Origin: Carcharhinus longimanus
Lineage: Eukaryota
Direction of reading: 5' to 3'
Assembly: GCA_030264375.1 (NCBI GenBank)
Contig: JASCQW010000109.1
Location: forward strand, 11,273,764 to 11,337,763
Length of the DNA: 64,000 nucleotides
Shown: positions 48,695 through 60,974 of the stretch, in pieces
Position numbering within the stretch: the first letter of the stretch is position 1
Layout of the letters: the number at the start of each line of letters is the position of its first letter
Made by a program: the position numbers and the translations under genes
The notes under the pieces: generated by a model
What the model saw: the letters and a program-made list of their open reading frames with translations, nothing else
Databases searched by the model: none
Told to the model about the DNA's origin: nothing

Positions 48695-50500
48695 ATTAGC
48701 TTACATTTATATTGCTCTTTTAATGTAGGCCATGTCCTGAGGCACTTTACAGAAGGGGTGAGAAACCACTAACATGGAACCACCTTGTGAAAGTTAGGAG
48801 AGATCCAGGTCAGAAAGCAGGTTCTTTAGCATGTAAATAGAAACGTAGAGGGAACGAAAAGACCCAGAGACTGGAATTCTCCAACCTCGCCCGCAGATGT
48901 GATTTTCCCACTGCATTGAATGACGATTTGGCTGAGCGCCAAATTCTTCATTCTCATTGGTGGTGGTGGTGGAGCATATGATGGATGGCACAGTGGTTAG
49001 CACTGCTGCCTCACGGCTCCAGGGATCCTGGTTTGATTCGGGCCTTGGACCACCGTCTGTGGAGTTTGCACATTCTCCCCTTGTCTGCTTGGGTTTTCTC
49101 TGGGTGTTCCGGTTTCCTCCCACAGTCCGAAAGACACTTGGGTTAGATTGATTGGCCATGCTAAATTGCCCCTTAGTATCAGGGAGATTAACAGGGTAAA
49201 TATGCGGGTTACAGGGATAGGGCCTGGCTGGGATTGTCATCAGTGCAGGCTCGATGGGCTGAATGGTCTCTTTTTGCACTGCTGGGATTCTGTGATATCA
49301 GAGAATTCTGGCCTCAGCATTCGGGGAGAAAGTTAAAGTGAGTAGGACCAAGGGTGTCAAGTGGATTGGGGCAAGAGAGGGGGTGTGCATTCGGGAATGG
49401 AGAGCTGAAGTGTGCTGCAAAGAGACAATTGCAGACATAGGGTAGGGTGCAGGCCAGAGGGATCTGAAAATGAGTATAGGGATTTAAAGTTGAAAGGATT
49501 GGGGAACAGAGTCAGTAAGGGATAGGGGTGGAGAGCAAACAGACTTTTGAATCTGTCATGTGAGAGATGGCACCTTTAATAGTGCAGCACTCCCTCATTA
49601 TTGCACTGAAATGTCAGTTCCGTGGATGTGCTGGTGGCTCTGGGGTGAGATGCAGAACACCCAACTTTCTGCCTTAGAGGCATGAGTGCCACAGAGCCAA
49701 GGATAAGCAGTATCTGTAATTCAGGCCCTAATAAACAATAGGTTTCCTTGAGTCCTCAGAGTATCAGGTACCAATGGCAATGCTGTTCTCGTGGATATGT
49801 TGTATAGTGCTTAGCGACACAACCAAGGAAAGAAATCCTCATAACTGGGCTGACTTAGCTGAGGTAGAAGTAGATGGGCAATAACTGGTTTCACTGTTAT
49901 AAATTTCCAGAGGTTGGAAGATTGGAGGCCAGGGGCAGGGAGTCAAAAAGATTTGTATGAGTTTGGCGCCAGTGCTGGTGACATCGGGACAGAAGCGTGT
50001 AAGTGTTGATTTTGGGGTAAGGCATCAACACAGGTAAGTGTTGATTTTGTGGTAAGACATTTGAAACTCAGCTTTGGATTGAACTGAGTGCCAACAATTG
50101 CTGTGGCTCGATTCAATCTACATGAGGCCTGGCAGTGTGCTCAGAGTAGGTGGAAAGGCAGGGAGATGAATTCATGAGGTGGGCTGAAGAGATGAGTTCG
50201 ATCTTAGGCTGTTTTGCTGAAGAAAGTTTTGCCATATTGACAAGTTAATGTCAAACAGGCAGTTGGACAGCATGGTTTATTGTGAGAACAAGGAAAGTGA
50301 AGGTGAGATTGAGCAAGGTGTTGGGAATCACACACAGGGTCTGAGCTCCCTTTTTTGGGAGAACCTCACTGAGAAGCTGCATATAAATGAAGAAGTGGAG
50401 ATAAATCCTTGACAATCCTCAGGGTGACTGTGTGAGGATGGAAATACCAATAAATACTGCTTTGAGAGGGACAGAAATAGAGCTATGCAAGGGACGGGGT
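48695..50500 (-). mobile_element. Long decayed L2-type LINE with nested insertions
   Basis: 3' end cttacatttatattgctcttttaatgtag at 48700; antisense L2-like sequence resumes at about 49315-49555 and 49900-50500. Confidence 0.55.
48983..49295 (+). mobile_element. HE1-type V-SINE, full length (tail A)
   Basis: ggcacagtggttagcactgctgcctcacgg...gtggagtttgcacattctcccc...ggttagattgattggccatgctaaattgcccc...gggctgaatggtctc. Confidence 0.92.
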
Positions 50501-50789
50501 GATAGAGCAGGTGAATGAAGCAACCACGAAAGATGCAATATATTTGCAAGTTTGTGTAGTCCTTACAAACAGCTGCAGAAAGGCAGGTATGATACAGCTA
50601 CAGAGGATAGATATATGGCTAATGATTTTGCCTGAGTGCTGTGTATGTGACACCAGATTTAAGGAACCCAAAACAAGGAACTTTTGGCAAGATAGCCACA
50701 CCTGTTCAAAGAGCATCAAGAAGAAAGCCAGGTTGGCAATGCTCTGGTACAGGTTGGACAATTGGACAGATTACTGCTGTGCCTCAATT

Positions 50790-51035
50790 CTTGGTCTCTA
50801 TGTTTCATATAAGTCAGTAGCTATGAGGAGGACTACAGGTGCTATCAGGACTCAGTTCTGGACCCCTGATTGCAGAGTCTTCTGTTGAAGTGTGTGCACA
50901 TGGGAGGACACTGAGGACAAAATGAAACTGCGTTGATGCACCTTGACGCTGAATAGCCTGGTGGCACCCACCATCTGGATTCATTTCAGCTGTCTTGGCC
51001 ACATGAATGAGGTACTGGAGGACTGCTGGTGCAAT
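50790..51035 (+). mobile_element. AmnSINE2-like copy
   Basis: ccctgattgc...gaagtgtgtgcacatg...tgaggacaaaatg...gaatagcctg...cacatgaatgaggtactggagg. Confidence 0.5.
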
Positions 51036-51659
51036 GTGGCATTCCAGTTTGCAGTGAGTGCACTGCTGGGAACTGGGAAGTGGCAGTAGCCAGAGACTGG
51101 ATTACTTTCTGATGAAACATTTCCAAATGTTGAGACAGGATAAAATGTTTTGCAAGCAGATAAGTTGTCCTTGTACTTCTCACATCTCCTTTAAACCCAC
51201 TTTACCGTGCCATTGAGTCTGAATGTTCTCAGGTAGTTGTAGTTTTCCTCATCGCCAGTAACTTACAGAGGGTGTACAACATAGCCAAAGACCATTTGAC
51301 TCCACTGTTCTGAGCCTGAGTTATTTCACCATACCAGCCTTGTCCAATTGCAACAATAGGGTTACATGTGTAACCCTATCAGCATGACCTCCTTCCTGCT
51401 CCTTTCTCCTCATGCACTTATCCAGCTTCTCCTGAAATGCATCGGTACTTTTCATGTCAACTAGTCCTTGTAGTAGTGAGTTCCATGTTCTCACTACTCT
51501 TTAGGTAAGGAAACTGTGCCTGACTGTTCCTTTATTTGGATTTTATATCATTTGTTGATGGCTCCTCATTTGGAGGATTGTCAGTACATGTTGTTCCCCT
51601 TTGTTACTGATTTTCAGGATGACAAGCATCTTACTAATCACACATTCTGAGTCACTCTG

Positions 51660-51915
51660 AGATGTTGTTGTGGGTCTCCTTGGGAGCAGGTAGTTAAGAG
51701 TCAATCACATTGGTCTGTGGCTGGAATCTCACAGGCTGGTCTGAGTAAGGATGGCTGGTTTCTTTCCCTAAAGAGCCATTAGTGAACCAGTTGGGTCTTA
51801 ACAACAAATCTGACAGCTTCATGGCCACTTTTACTGATGCCAACATTTTCAATGTGGGAATTTTTATTTAACTAGATTCAAATTCTGAAGCACTCACTGC
51901 AAGAATTGAACTCAC
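51660..51915 (-). mobile_element. Family-2 SINE
   Basis: gttaagagtcaatcacattggtctgtggctggaatctcac...gtaaggatggc...tttccctaaagagccattagtgaaccag. Confidence 0.75.
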
Positions 51916-52034
51916 TGAAGAGGCATTTAACTCATTAGAAGGGTTGATTTCCTTCATCTGAAGATCCCACAAACATAGCATTCATGTCACAAGTTTAAGA
52001 AAAAACATTGCTCAGTGGGACAGTGTACCAAACT

Positions 52035-52415
52035 TGTCAATTAGGGAGACACTGCCAACCCAGCCCCTCCAGCCCCACAACAACTGATCAATCAGGGAGA
52101 CACTCCTCCCTCCCATCCTATGTCAACTGACCAAGACCAATCAGGAAGACACTATCATCCTATCCCCTCCATCCTCAGACCAATTGACCTATCAAGGAGA
52201 CACTGCCATCCCATTCCCTCCACCCCCACACTAACTGACCAATCAGGAAGACACTATCATCCTATCCCCTCCATCCTCAGACCAATTGACCTATCAAGGA
52301 GACACTGCCATCCCATTCCCTCCACCCCCACACTAACTGACCAATCAGGAAGACACTATCATCCTATCCCCTCCATCCTCAGACCAATTGACCTATCAAG
52401 GAGACACTGCCATCC
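52035..52415 (+). repeat. 51-bp minisatellite forming a 102-bp higher-order repeat, running into a gap
   Basis: tcaggaagac recurs at 52141, 52243 and 52345; each 102-mer is two related 51-mers. Confidence 0.95.
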
Positions 52416-52979
52416 NNNNNNNNNNNNNNNNNNNNNNNNNNNNNNNNNNNNNNNNNNNNNNNNNNNNNNNNNNNNNNNNNNNNNNNNNNNNNNNNNNNNN
52501 NNNNNNNNNNNNNNNNNNNNNNNNNNNNNNNNNNNNNNNNNNNNNNNNNNNNNNNNNNNNNNNNNNNNNNNNNNNNNNNNNNNNNNNNNNNNNNNNNNNN
52601 NNNNNNNNNNNNNNNNNNNNNNNNNNNNNNNNNNNNNNNNNNNNNNNNNNNNNNNNNNNNNNNNNNNNNNNNNNNNNNNNNNNNGCTGAACTGCTTATGC
52701 AGGAGTTTAAGTTAAACTGAATTAGCCATTACTGATCATTGTAATCTCTAGCTTGTAAAACAAAAAGGTTGATTAATGCAGGGCATTTACAGCTAACTGC
52801 AGCACATCTGGGCTTATTTGATCAGTTGAATTTTAACTTATTCAGGAGAGCGGGCCCACCAATGGCCTCCTTCAAGAAATGACCAAAAGGCTAATTCTAT
52901 TCTGCCTGTTAACTATCCCCTCCAGTTTCTTAAATCATTACATTCATGAATGGATTGAACCGGTGTGTTGTGAACTCAG

Positions 52980-53185
52980 AAGGTAAATGTCCACACTGAG
53001 TCCTACAGAGCAGGTAGAATGCAGGCTTGATCCCCAGTCTGTGCTGAATTAGTTGACCTCAGCCAGCCAGGACAATAATGTAAGCCTACTTGTGACACTA
53101 GTAAATAAACTTAACTTAAACTTTGTGTCCTTGGTCATGGGAGAGAAAGAAAATCAACCTTGGTCCCTATCTCTAATCACATAAA
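52980..53185 (+). mobile_element. AmnSINE2-like 5' part interrupted by a tail-B fragment
   Basis: gatccccagtctgtgctgaattagttgacctcagcc | aatgtaagcctacttgtgacactagtaaataaactt | gtgtccttggtcatgggagagaaagaaaatcaacc. Confidence 0.6.
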
Positions 53186-53784
53186 ATGTGTGTGTATATG
53201 TATGTCTGTATGCATGCACAATTGTGTGCATATATTAGTACCTATCGATGTGCATACACGTTTGTATGCTTTGCACAATGTGTATCTGTCAGCATGTGCA
53301 TACATACACACGTGTGCCTATGAAAGAATGTGTGTGCATGTGGCTGTGTGATTGTATTTGTGTGCGTTTGAAATCAGAGTTAGTTTGTGCATATGTGTGT
53401 GTTTGTAAGAATGTATGAAGTTGTGTTTGTGAAAGTGTGAGTGTGTGTGTATCCATGTACCTGTGTGTGTCTCTGTGTGGATGTAACATGTGTTTAAGTT
53501 TATGTGTGGTTGTGATTGTGTAAGTGTATCTGTGTTTGTGAGGGTGAATATGTGTGCGTGTGTGTGAGACTCCATGCACGTGTTCATGTATGTCTGTGTG
53601 CCTGTGAGTGAATGTTCATAATTATGTGTGTGATTGTGTTTGTGTGTGTGTTTGTGAGGGTGTGTGTGTGAGTGTTAGTGTGTGTACCTGTGTTTGTGAA
53701 GGTGAATGTGTATATGAGAGTTAATTTGTGTTTGTGAGGGTGAGTGTGTTAGTGTTAGTGTGTGTGTGAGAGTTTGTGAGTTTG
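53185..53784. repeat. Degenerate (TG)n tract
   Basis: tgtgtgtttgtgagggtg-type units. Confidence 0.9.
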
Positions 53785-53874
53785 NNNNNNNNNNNNNNNN
53801 NNNNNNNNNNNNNNNNNNNNNNNNNNNTTTGTGTTACAGAGTTAGGATTAGCTGTGCAGCTCCTCATGATTGAT

Positions 53875-54240
53875 TGGTTTGATTTGATTTATTATTGTCA
53901 CATGTATTAACATACAGTAAAAAGTATTGTTTCTTGCACACTATACAGACAAAACATACCATTCATAGAGAAGGAAACAAGAGAATGCAAAATGTAGTGT
54001 TACAGTTGTAGCTAGGGTGTAGAGAAAGATCAACTTGATGCAAGGTAAGTCCATTCAAAAGTCTAACAGAAGCTGTTCTTGAGTCAATTGGTACATGACC
54101 TCAGACTTTCGCATCTTTTTTCCGATGCCAGAAAGTAAAAGAGAGAATGTCCAGGGTGTGTGGGATCCTTAATTATACTGGCTGCTTTGCCGAGGCAGCA
54201 GGAAGTATAGACAGAGTCAGTGGATGGGAGGCTGGTTTGA
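53875..54240 (-). mobile_element. LINE 3' end, Rex1/Babar-like
   Basis: (tttga)n microsatellite end, ttattattgtcacatgt..., gaagctgttcttgagtc...tggtacatgacctcagac..., gggtgtgtgggatcctt. Confidence 0.6.
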
Positions 54241-55859
54241 CTGAGCTCCCAATACTTATTATCCAGTCATATGCTTGCATCAGGTACCTCATTGGTCTAG
54301 GGATATTTGTTCTCACCTTAAAGAGATGAGTTGAAGAAACTATCAGGGGATAAAATCCATGTTGAACTTAAAACAGGTATGAGCCTGTTTCTGAAAGCTT
54401 TATGCACTTGGTTTTTCATTGGTTGAGGTATTGCAGTTAACAGGTATAATAAACCAAGCCCTTAACCAGTGAAAGCTCAATATGACTTTAAGGCAATCAC
54501 TGAGCGTAATTGGGTTTTGAGAATTTTTTTTAAAAGTTGAGGTTTTATTTGCTAAATAAACATTTCAAACTGAAGAAGAACTTTTGAGTAATAGTTCAGA
54601 TTTCACATTGTGGGCTTCAGAGATAACCCTAATCACCAACAGCTGTGTTAAGTAAAATGTAGTTTGGCTAAGTGTAAAACTCCCTTTTAAACAGCACAAA
54701 TGAAAGGCATCACAAAAATACTAGAAGAATAGAAGAATGTCATTCTATACATTTTTTCACTAAGTGCAATTTCAGATGCAACGAGTTAAGAATTTTGTGA
54801 AGATTTAATTAGCTTCTGAAGTATTAAATGCTCTACTTTTGGAGGGAGGGATAAGTTTTCAGGCCCCTTCCTCCTGCCATTGTGGGTCTATCCCCTGACT
54901 AAGAGATTGGGCAAGCAGCCTGTTTCNNNNNNNNNNNNNNNNNNNNNNNNNNNNNNNNNNNNNNNNNNNNNNNNNNNNNNNNNNNNNNNNNNNNNNNNNN
55001 NNNNNNNNNNNNNNNNNNNNNNNNNNCACCTCACCAAATGGTGCTGAGTAACTCATTCCTTGGAGTTGATTGACAATGGCCTGGGATGATTTTTGCTTCC
55101 CTTTGCTTTCTACCCTTCAGATGTTCACTTACCATAGTGATGGCCCTCCATCGTACCACATCAATTAGCCATTTGCCCCAGGCTCAAAAAAAGAAAAGAG
55201 ATTTTGGCTTCTGTTTGCAAATCAATGCTTCCTATTGGGAAACCTGCCAGTTTATGTGTGGCACGGGAAGGGAGAGTGAAGACACTGGGTGCGATTTAAT
55301 CTATGGGAAGCATAGATCCTAATGACTGAAGTACAAGTGGGTGCCACTTCTGCTTGGATGTAAGGTGCCAGCGTGCACACACAATGTTAATGTTAAAGGA
55401 CGAGTGGCAGCATATGGGCACAAGTGATGAGGCAGCAGGCGGGAAGTGGTGGAATCCACTGTCAGGTCCCCTGCTCCCACCCCTCCCCTCCGCCCCACTT
55501 CTCCCACCCCACTTCTCCCACCCCACTTCTCCCTCCCCCCTCCCCCCCCACCCCCTCCCGGACAAGCAGGCAGTATCCATCANNNNNNNNNNNNNNNNNN
55601 NNNNNNNNNNNNNNNNNNNNNNNNNNNNNNNNNNNNNNNNNNNNNNNNNNNNNNNNNNNNNNNNNNNNNNNNNNNNNNNNNNGGAAGTTGTGACCTGGAA
55701 GACCAACTTTCATCCCCCTCATTGCTCTAAAGCTTCTATCCCCACGATATAGTCGGGAAACACTTCAGCACAGGCCAATATAACGTTGGACCTTCTGAAT
55801 GTTCCCGGCTTGTGTACGTCAGTGCCAATGTTCTGCTGTGCTTAATATCAGAGGCAAGG

Positions 55860-56240
55860 GCACACACACACACACACACACAACTTCATACACTCACTCA
55901 TTCCTACTCACTCACTCACTCATTCTCACTCACTCGCTTCCATACTCTCACTTTTTTAGTCACTATCTCACTCACTCACATTCTCACTCATTTGTTCATT
56001 CTCACACTCACTCTCATTTTCACTCATACCTTCATTCACACTCTTATTCTCTCATACTCCCTTTCACTCATTCTCTCTCTCTCGTATTCACACACTCATT
56101 CTCACTCACATGCTCTCATGCTCATACACACTCTCATTCTCACTCACACACTCTCATATTCATTCTCATTCTCACTCACTCTCTCATTCTCACTCACTCG
56201 CACTCTCAGTCACTCTCTCTCATTCTCAATCTCTCTCTAT
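55860..56240. repeat. (CA)/(CT) compound repeat (ctcact/cattct units)
   Basis: Direct inspection; source of His/Ser-rich spurious ORFs. Confidence 0.9.
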
Positions 56241-57379
56241 ACATCTATATGTTCTGTTGTAGCAAGATGTGGGCTAAGGGTGGCACAATACAACCAGATT
56301 TTTCAAAGTTGTTTTCTTTCTTAGCCAGCAACTCACATTGCCAGTTTTTTTTAAAAGGAAAACACGTATTTTGACAAACGCCTGCTTTTATAAAAAAATA
56401 TTTTGACAGTGAATGCAGAAATGGGCAGAGGCAGTAGCTGCAGAGAACCCTTTCCTGTCACTGGATTGTCAGCAGAAAGTCAGAGCATCTGTCAGAGAGG
56501 GGCCCAAATGCAGGAACTAGCCTCCCATGTGTGTTTTCTACCCACTAACCAGCCTGGGAGAAGCAGCTCAGGGGAGCTGGGAGACATTGATTGACAGCTT
56601 CAATGTCAGGAAGTGAATATGTGAAAAAGTTTAACTTCGATTTGGCAAGATCCCAACAACCCCCAATCCCCCTCCTTTTCCACTATGCTGCAATAAAATC
56701 CAGGTTTAAGTGACCTTCTCACTTCACAATTATTTCACCTCTCAAAAGGTTCTGAATGCTCTTAAAGGCACAGAGTCTCTGTGCTATCAGACTGAGTCTC
56801 CAAATATAGTTGCGCGCTGCTTTATTCAAATGCCAGTGTCACTTACCAAAATATGCATGCGGAGAGGGGAATGAAATGAGTTGTCTTTGGGTCCCTTGTC
56901 TTCGCCTGCTCAGGAATTGCTGAGTAAAAGCCATTTGATTCTACAAGGGAAAATTTATCTTAATTCTAATTTGTGCCAACATATTAATCTCGGCTGCGCG
57001 AATCTTACCCAACCCCCCTGCCCCCCTCCTCACAGCAATGAACCTCGTGCTTCTCTGTTTAAGACCTAGCTTCTGTAGGCCTTTCTGTCTGCCTTATCTC
57101 CTCAGCAGAAGGATCTGAATCTTGCTTGAGTCGTCCAGATACCTTTAGTCCCAGCTCAGTCCTCTTTGTGTGTGAGTCTGCGTGGAGTGTATGTGCCAGA
57201 GGTTCATTGATGGTTGCAGAAAACTTTACTGCTAAATCCACTACTCCCCTGTGCCCCTGTCCTTCAAAGGTATGAACTTTTTGGCAGTGGCCCCATGGTC
57301 AGTGCCCCAAATTGCCTCATGTTCTTTTTGGAACATACCCAGAAACCATCAGAGATTTTGCACTCCTCCAATTTAGACC

Positions 57380-58185
57380 TTGTAGGGTATGCTCCGCCAT
57401 TGACAGCCTTTCCTTCAGCTGTTGAGACCCTAAGCGCTGAAATTCCTGTCCTAAATGTCTTCATCTCTTGACCTCTCTATCATTCCTAAGGATGCTTCTT
57501 ATCACCTACTTATTTAACCAGTCTTTTGGAGGGTAGATGGTAGTGCATTAATAATGTCACTGGATTAATAATCCAGAGGTCAGGCTCTGTGGACATGGGT
57601 TCAAATCCCACTATAGCAGTTGGCAGAGTTTAAATTCAATTAATAAAATCGGGAATTGAAAATTAGTTTGGGCAATTGCTGTGCGTCATAGTGAAACCTA
57701 GTATTAGGCACATAGTGAATCCTTATTTTACATATAAGGCACCTTGTAATCTTTATCTTAACTCAGTCTACTTATTATGGTGAATTTAAAATGATGGGTT
57801 TTTATACTATACGTTTTATATTACCCTCCTTCAACAATCATCATTGATTGTTATGAAAACTCATCTTGTTCTCAAATGTCCCTTTAGGGAAGGAAATCCG
57901 CCATCCATACCTGGATCTGGTCCACATGTGACTTCAGCCCCACAGCACTGTTGCTAACCCTTAACTGCCCTCTGAAATGTTTGAGCAAGACACTCAGTTC
58001 AAGGGCAATTAGAGATGGGCAACAAATGCCAGGCCTTTGCAGGTGATGCCCACATTCTGTGAAAGAATAGGTCGCTTGCCCTAACATCTCACTTTGTGAC
58101 TCAGTGACTGACTTCTGACGTTCCAGTGAAGCAGTTTGGAATACTTTATTGGGTCAGAAGTGTCACATAAATGGAAATTGTTGAA
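57380..58185 (+). mobile_element. L2 3' end split by a family-2 SINE (about 57530-58068)
   Basis: ...ttaaccagtcttttgg [SINE] ggtcgcttgccctaacatctc... rejoins to match the uninterrupted antisense copies at 24190 and 42100. Confidence 0.75.
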
Positions 58186-58744
58186 TTGGAGTGAATCATT
58201 TTTAAGGTGGATTGACAGGCAAATCCCATCCCCAGGAGGGAGAGCTGAATAATCCCTTCCTTCAGTCAGGGAACACCGGGCAGCACCCTAACTACTAGGA
58301 TCAAGTTGACTCCTATCAGCTAACTCAGTGCAGACTGGGAATCATCATGAATTAATGGGCAGGATACATATTTATATAGCTTGTCTCCCTACTCTGACAC
58401 TTGTTAACCCCATCCCATTCTAGGGTCTAGTGATGCCCCAAGTTTTACGAAAGACATTAATAAAAAAAAACTGAAGTAATGATAAATTTTCATAAATTAT
58501 TTATTATCTGTTTCAATACTTACTTTGAGCTCCTGCAATGTGTTGAAAATGAGCCCTCTCACAGCTTTGTTGCTGTTGGGACCCTGGAGAATTATCCCAT
58601 TCACCAGGTTTTTTTGTGAAGAGATTTTACTGAAGTGGATTCTCCCTTTAGCCACTTATGGGACAATCTTGGAAGTTCTGGAAGGCAACCTGTCCTTTCT
58701 ACACCCTTCTAAAGGTCAATTCACTGACCTCAAGTCTGCAACTA

Positions 58745-59160
58745 CATAGAATTACACAAAATACAGAGCACAGGAATGAGCCATTCAGTCCAACACCCTT
58801 TGGTAGTGTTTATGCTCCACATGAGACTCCTCCTACTCTTCCTCATCTCAAATGTATCAGCATAACCTTCTAATCACTTCTCCCTTGTGTTCATCATGTT
58901 TCACTTTCAACTCGTATTTGCTTCAACCACTCTTCATCTAAGTGTATTCCACATTCTTACCACTCATTAGGTAAAGAATTTTCTCTTTTGAATTTAAGAG
59001 TGAGTCATATTTATAGCTCACAACTTTGAACACCAACAGAAAGAGAGACATCTTCTCTGCATTCAACTTTTAATAATCTTAAAGACCTATCTTGGGTCAC
59101 CCCTCAAGCTTGCCTTGAAGAGAGAAAAGGGCCCCAGCCTGTCCAGATTCTCCTGAGAAC
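58745..59160 (-). mobile_element. CR1-like LINE 3' fragment
   Basis: catagaattacac...gagccattcagtcc...ttccacattcttaccactc...taataatcttaaagacctatc. Confidence 0.7.
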
Positions 59161-59422
59161 CAGGGTAGGTAACTCATGAACTTTCTACTCCAGGCTGCTG
59201 CCACGTGTGGATATATGGTGTGCCAGCTAGGAATGCAGATGGCTTTCAGTCATCCTGCCTCTAACCAACACTTCCCACCCTGCATGTGCACACACACGCG
59301 TACACATGCCTGCCCTGATGAAAAGCCCTGTGGACAGGCCTTACATCAACACAGGGCCAGAACTTCGAGAAAGGCAGATGGGTGAAGAAGCAAAATGTGT
59401 ATTTTCGAGTTCTAGCCAGCAG

Positions 59423-59644
59423 ATCACAGAATCATAGAATCCCTACAGTGCAGAAGGAGGCCATTCAGCCCATTGAGCCTGCACCAACAGGAATCTCACC
59501 CAGGCCCTATCCCTGCAACCCCACGTATTTAACCTGCTGGTCACCCTGACAGTAAGGGGCAATTTAGCACGGCCAATCCACCTAACCTGCATATTTTTGG
59601 ACTGTGGGAGGAAACCGGAGCACCCAGAGAAAACCCACACAGAC
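59423..59644 (-). mobile_element. HE1-type SINE (tail A), 5' part lost in a gap
   Basis: atcatagaatccctacagtgcagaaggaggccattcagccc...ggccaatccacctaacctgc...ggaggaaaccggagcaccc. Confidence 0.9.
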
Positions 59645-60974
59645 NNNNNNNNNNNNNNNNNNNNNNNNNNNNNNNNNNNNNNNNNNNNNNNNNNNNNNNN
59701 NNNNNNNNNNNNNNNNNNNNNNNNNNNNNNNNNNNNNNNNNNNNGGTTTTTGCGACTCATGCACAAGGACCCCGAGGTCCCTCTGCACCGTTGCCTGCTG
59801 CAGTTTTTCGCCACGTAAGTACAAAGCAAGAAGCTCCCTGACTGGTCCATCACTTTGGCCCTTAATTGGGGAGTTCATATTCTAACAGGCCCACCTCAAT
59901 TACCTGATTAACCTCCTTACATAGGCTAGCTGTGACCTGTGAACTTGTGTTGACACGGCACTTCAGAACCATTGCTAACATGTTTTTAACATATTTTTGT
60001 GGTCCATTTCCTGTTTCCTTGACTCTTTTCCCTGTCTGATATGGTATAGGGGACGGAGCTATTAGACAGAGGAGCCATAGTTTCTCTACAGGTTAAAGAA
60101 TGATGATATACAAAGCTTAATTAATCTCCCAGCATGCTTTGAGAAGCTGGGAGCAGGGCTGATGGACAACAGCTTGTTATCTTCAAACTTGCTGAACTGT
60201 GAGACGCTTTCTGTGAAGTAATTTTCTTATATTAAAGCCAGGCAGTGTTATCAGTGGAGAATTAAACAGACCTTGAAGGTCTACAGAACTTGTCAGTCAG
60301 TGTCCTTCAACCTGGATTAGCGCAATTAATTACCAGCCGAGAAAATGAAGAACTCAGTCTTCGTACCTGGACGGTTGCCAGGACCTGACCAGGAGCGACG
60401 TCCCACTGGCCACAGGCTGGGCCTCCCCCCCCCACCAGGCCTCCATTCCTAGCCAAGACCAGAAATGGGGAGCAGGCTCTGGAATAGAGGTGAATGGGGG
60501 TCTGGCTTCTTGGGGTCAGTCGAGCAGGTGCCAGTGAGGGTGAGGGACAGTCCCTGTTGAGGACGGGTTTGGGGGGGGGGGGGGGGCGGGGGATGCGATG
60601 GGTGTTTCGNNNNNNNNNNCTTTCCTGTCACATTGTAACTGATCAGAGTGTGCAGTCCCTCACCTGGACCCACTTCCCCCTTCCACCCCCCAACCGCCTA
60701 CCACACTCTACCCCTCCAGCCTAACCCAGGCTCACAGGAAGGCAAGAGGATTTCACTATCCATTCTTCCCATCTGGTAGAATCCTCTACCTCAGCCAATA
60801 GTGGAATTTAGTGACAGCAGAAAGAGGCCCTTGAGAGACTTTATTTAGTTATCCCCAGCCTGCTCCATCCCTCAGTGAATTTAACGGAACGGTGAAGGTG
60901 ACAGATACTCCACCCCCGCTCCCCCTGCCTGACTACCTGCTCTTGTAAACTGGATTAAATTTGACTCAGAAAAC

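Noticed and set aside
52120-52689. 34-aa repeat protein or CRISPR-like array
   Set aside because: Head-to-tail tandem repeat with no unique spacers and no cas genes; the frame stays open because the unit length is a multiple of 3
60075-60105. Acceptor-like tttctctacag followed by early stops, as a poison exon
   Set aside because: No matching donor or EBF-like coding sequence; such motifs are common in long introns
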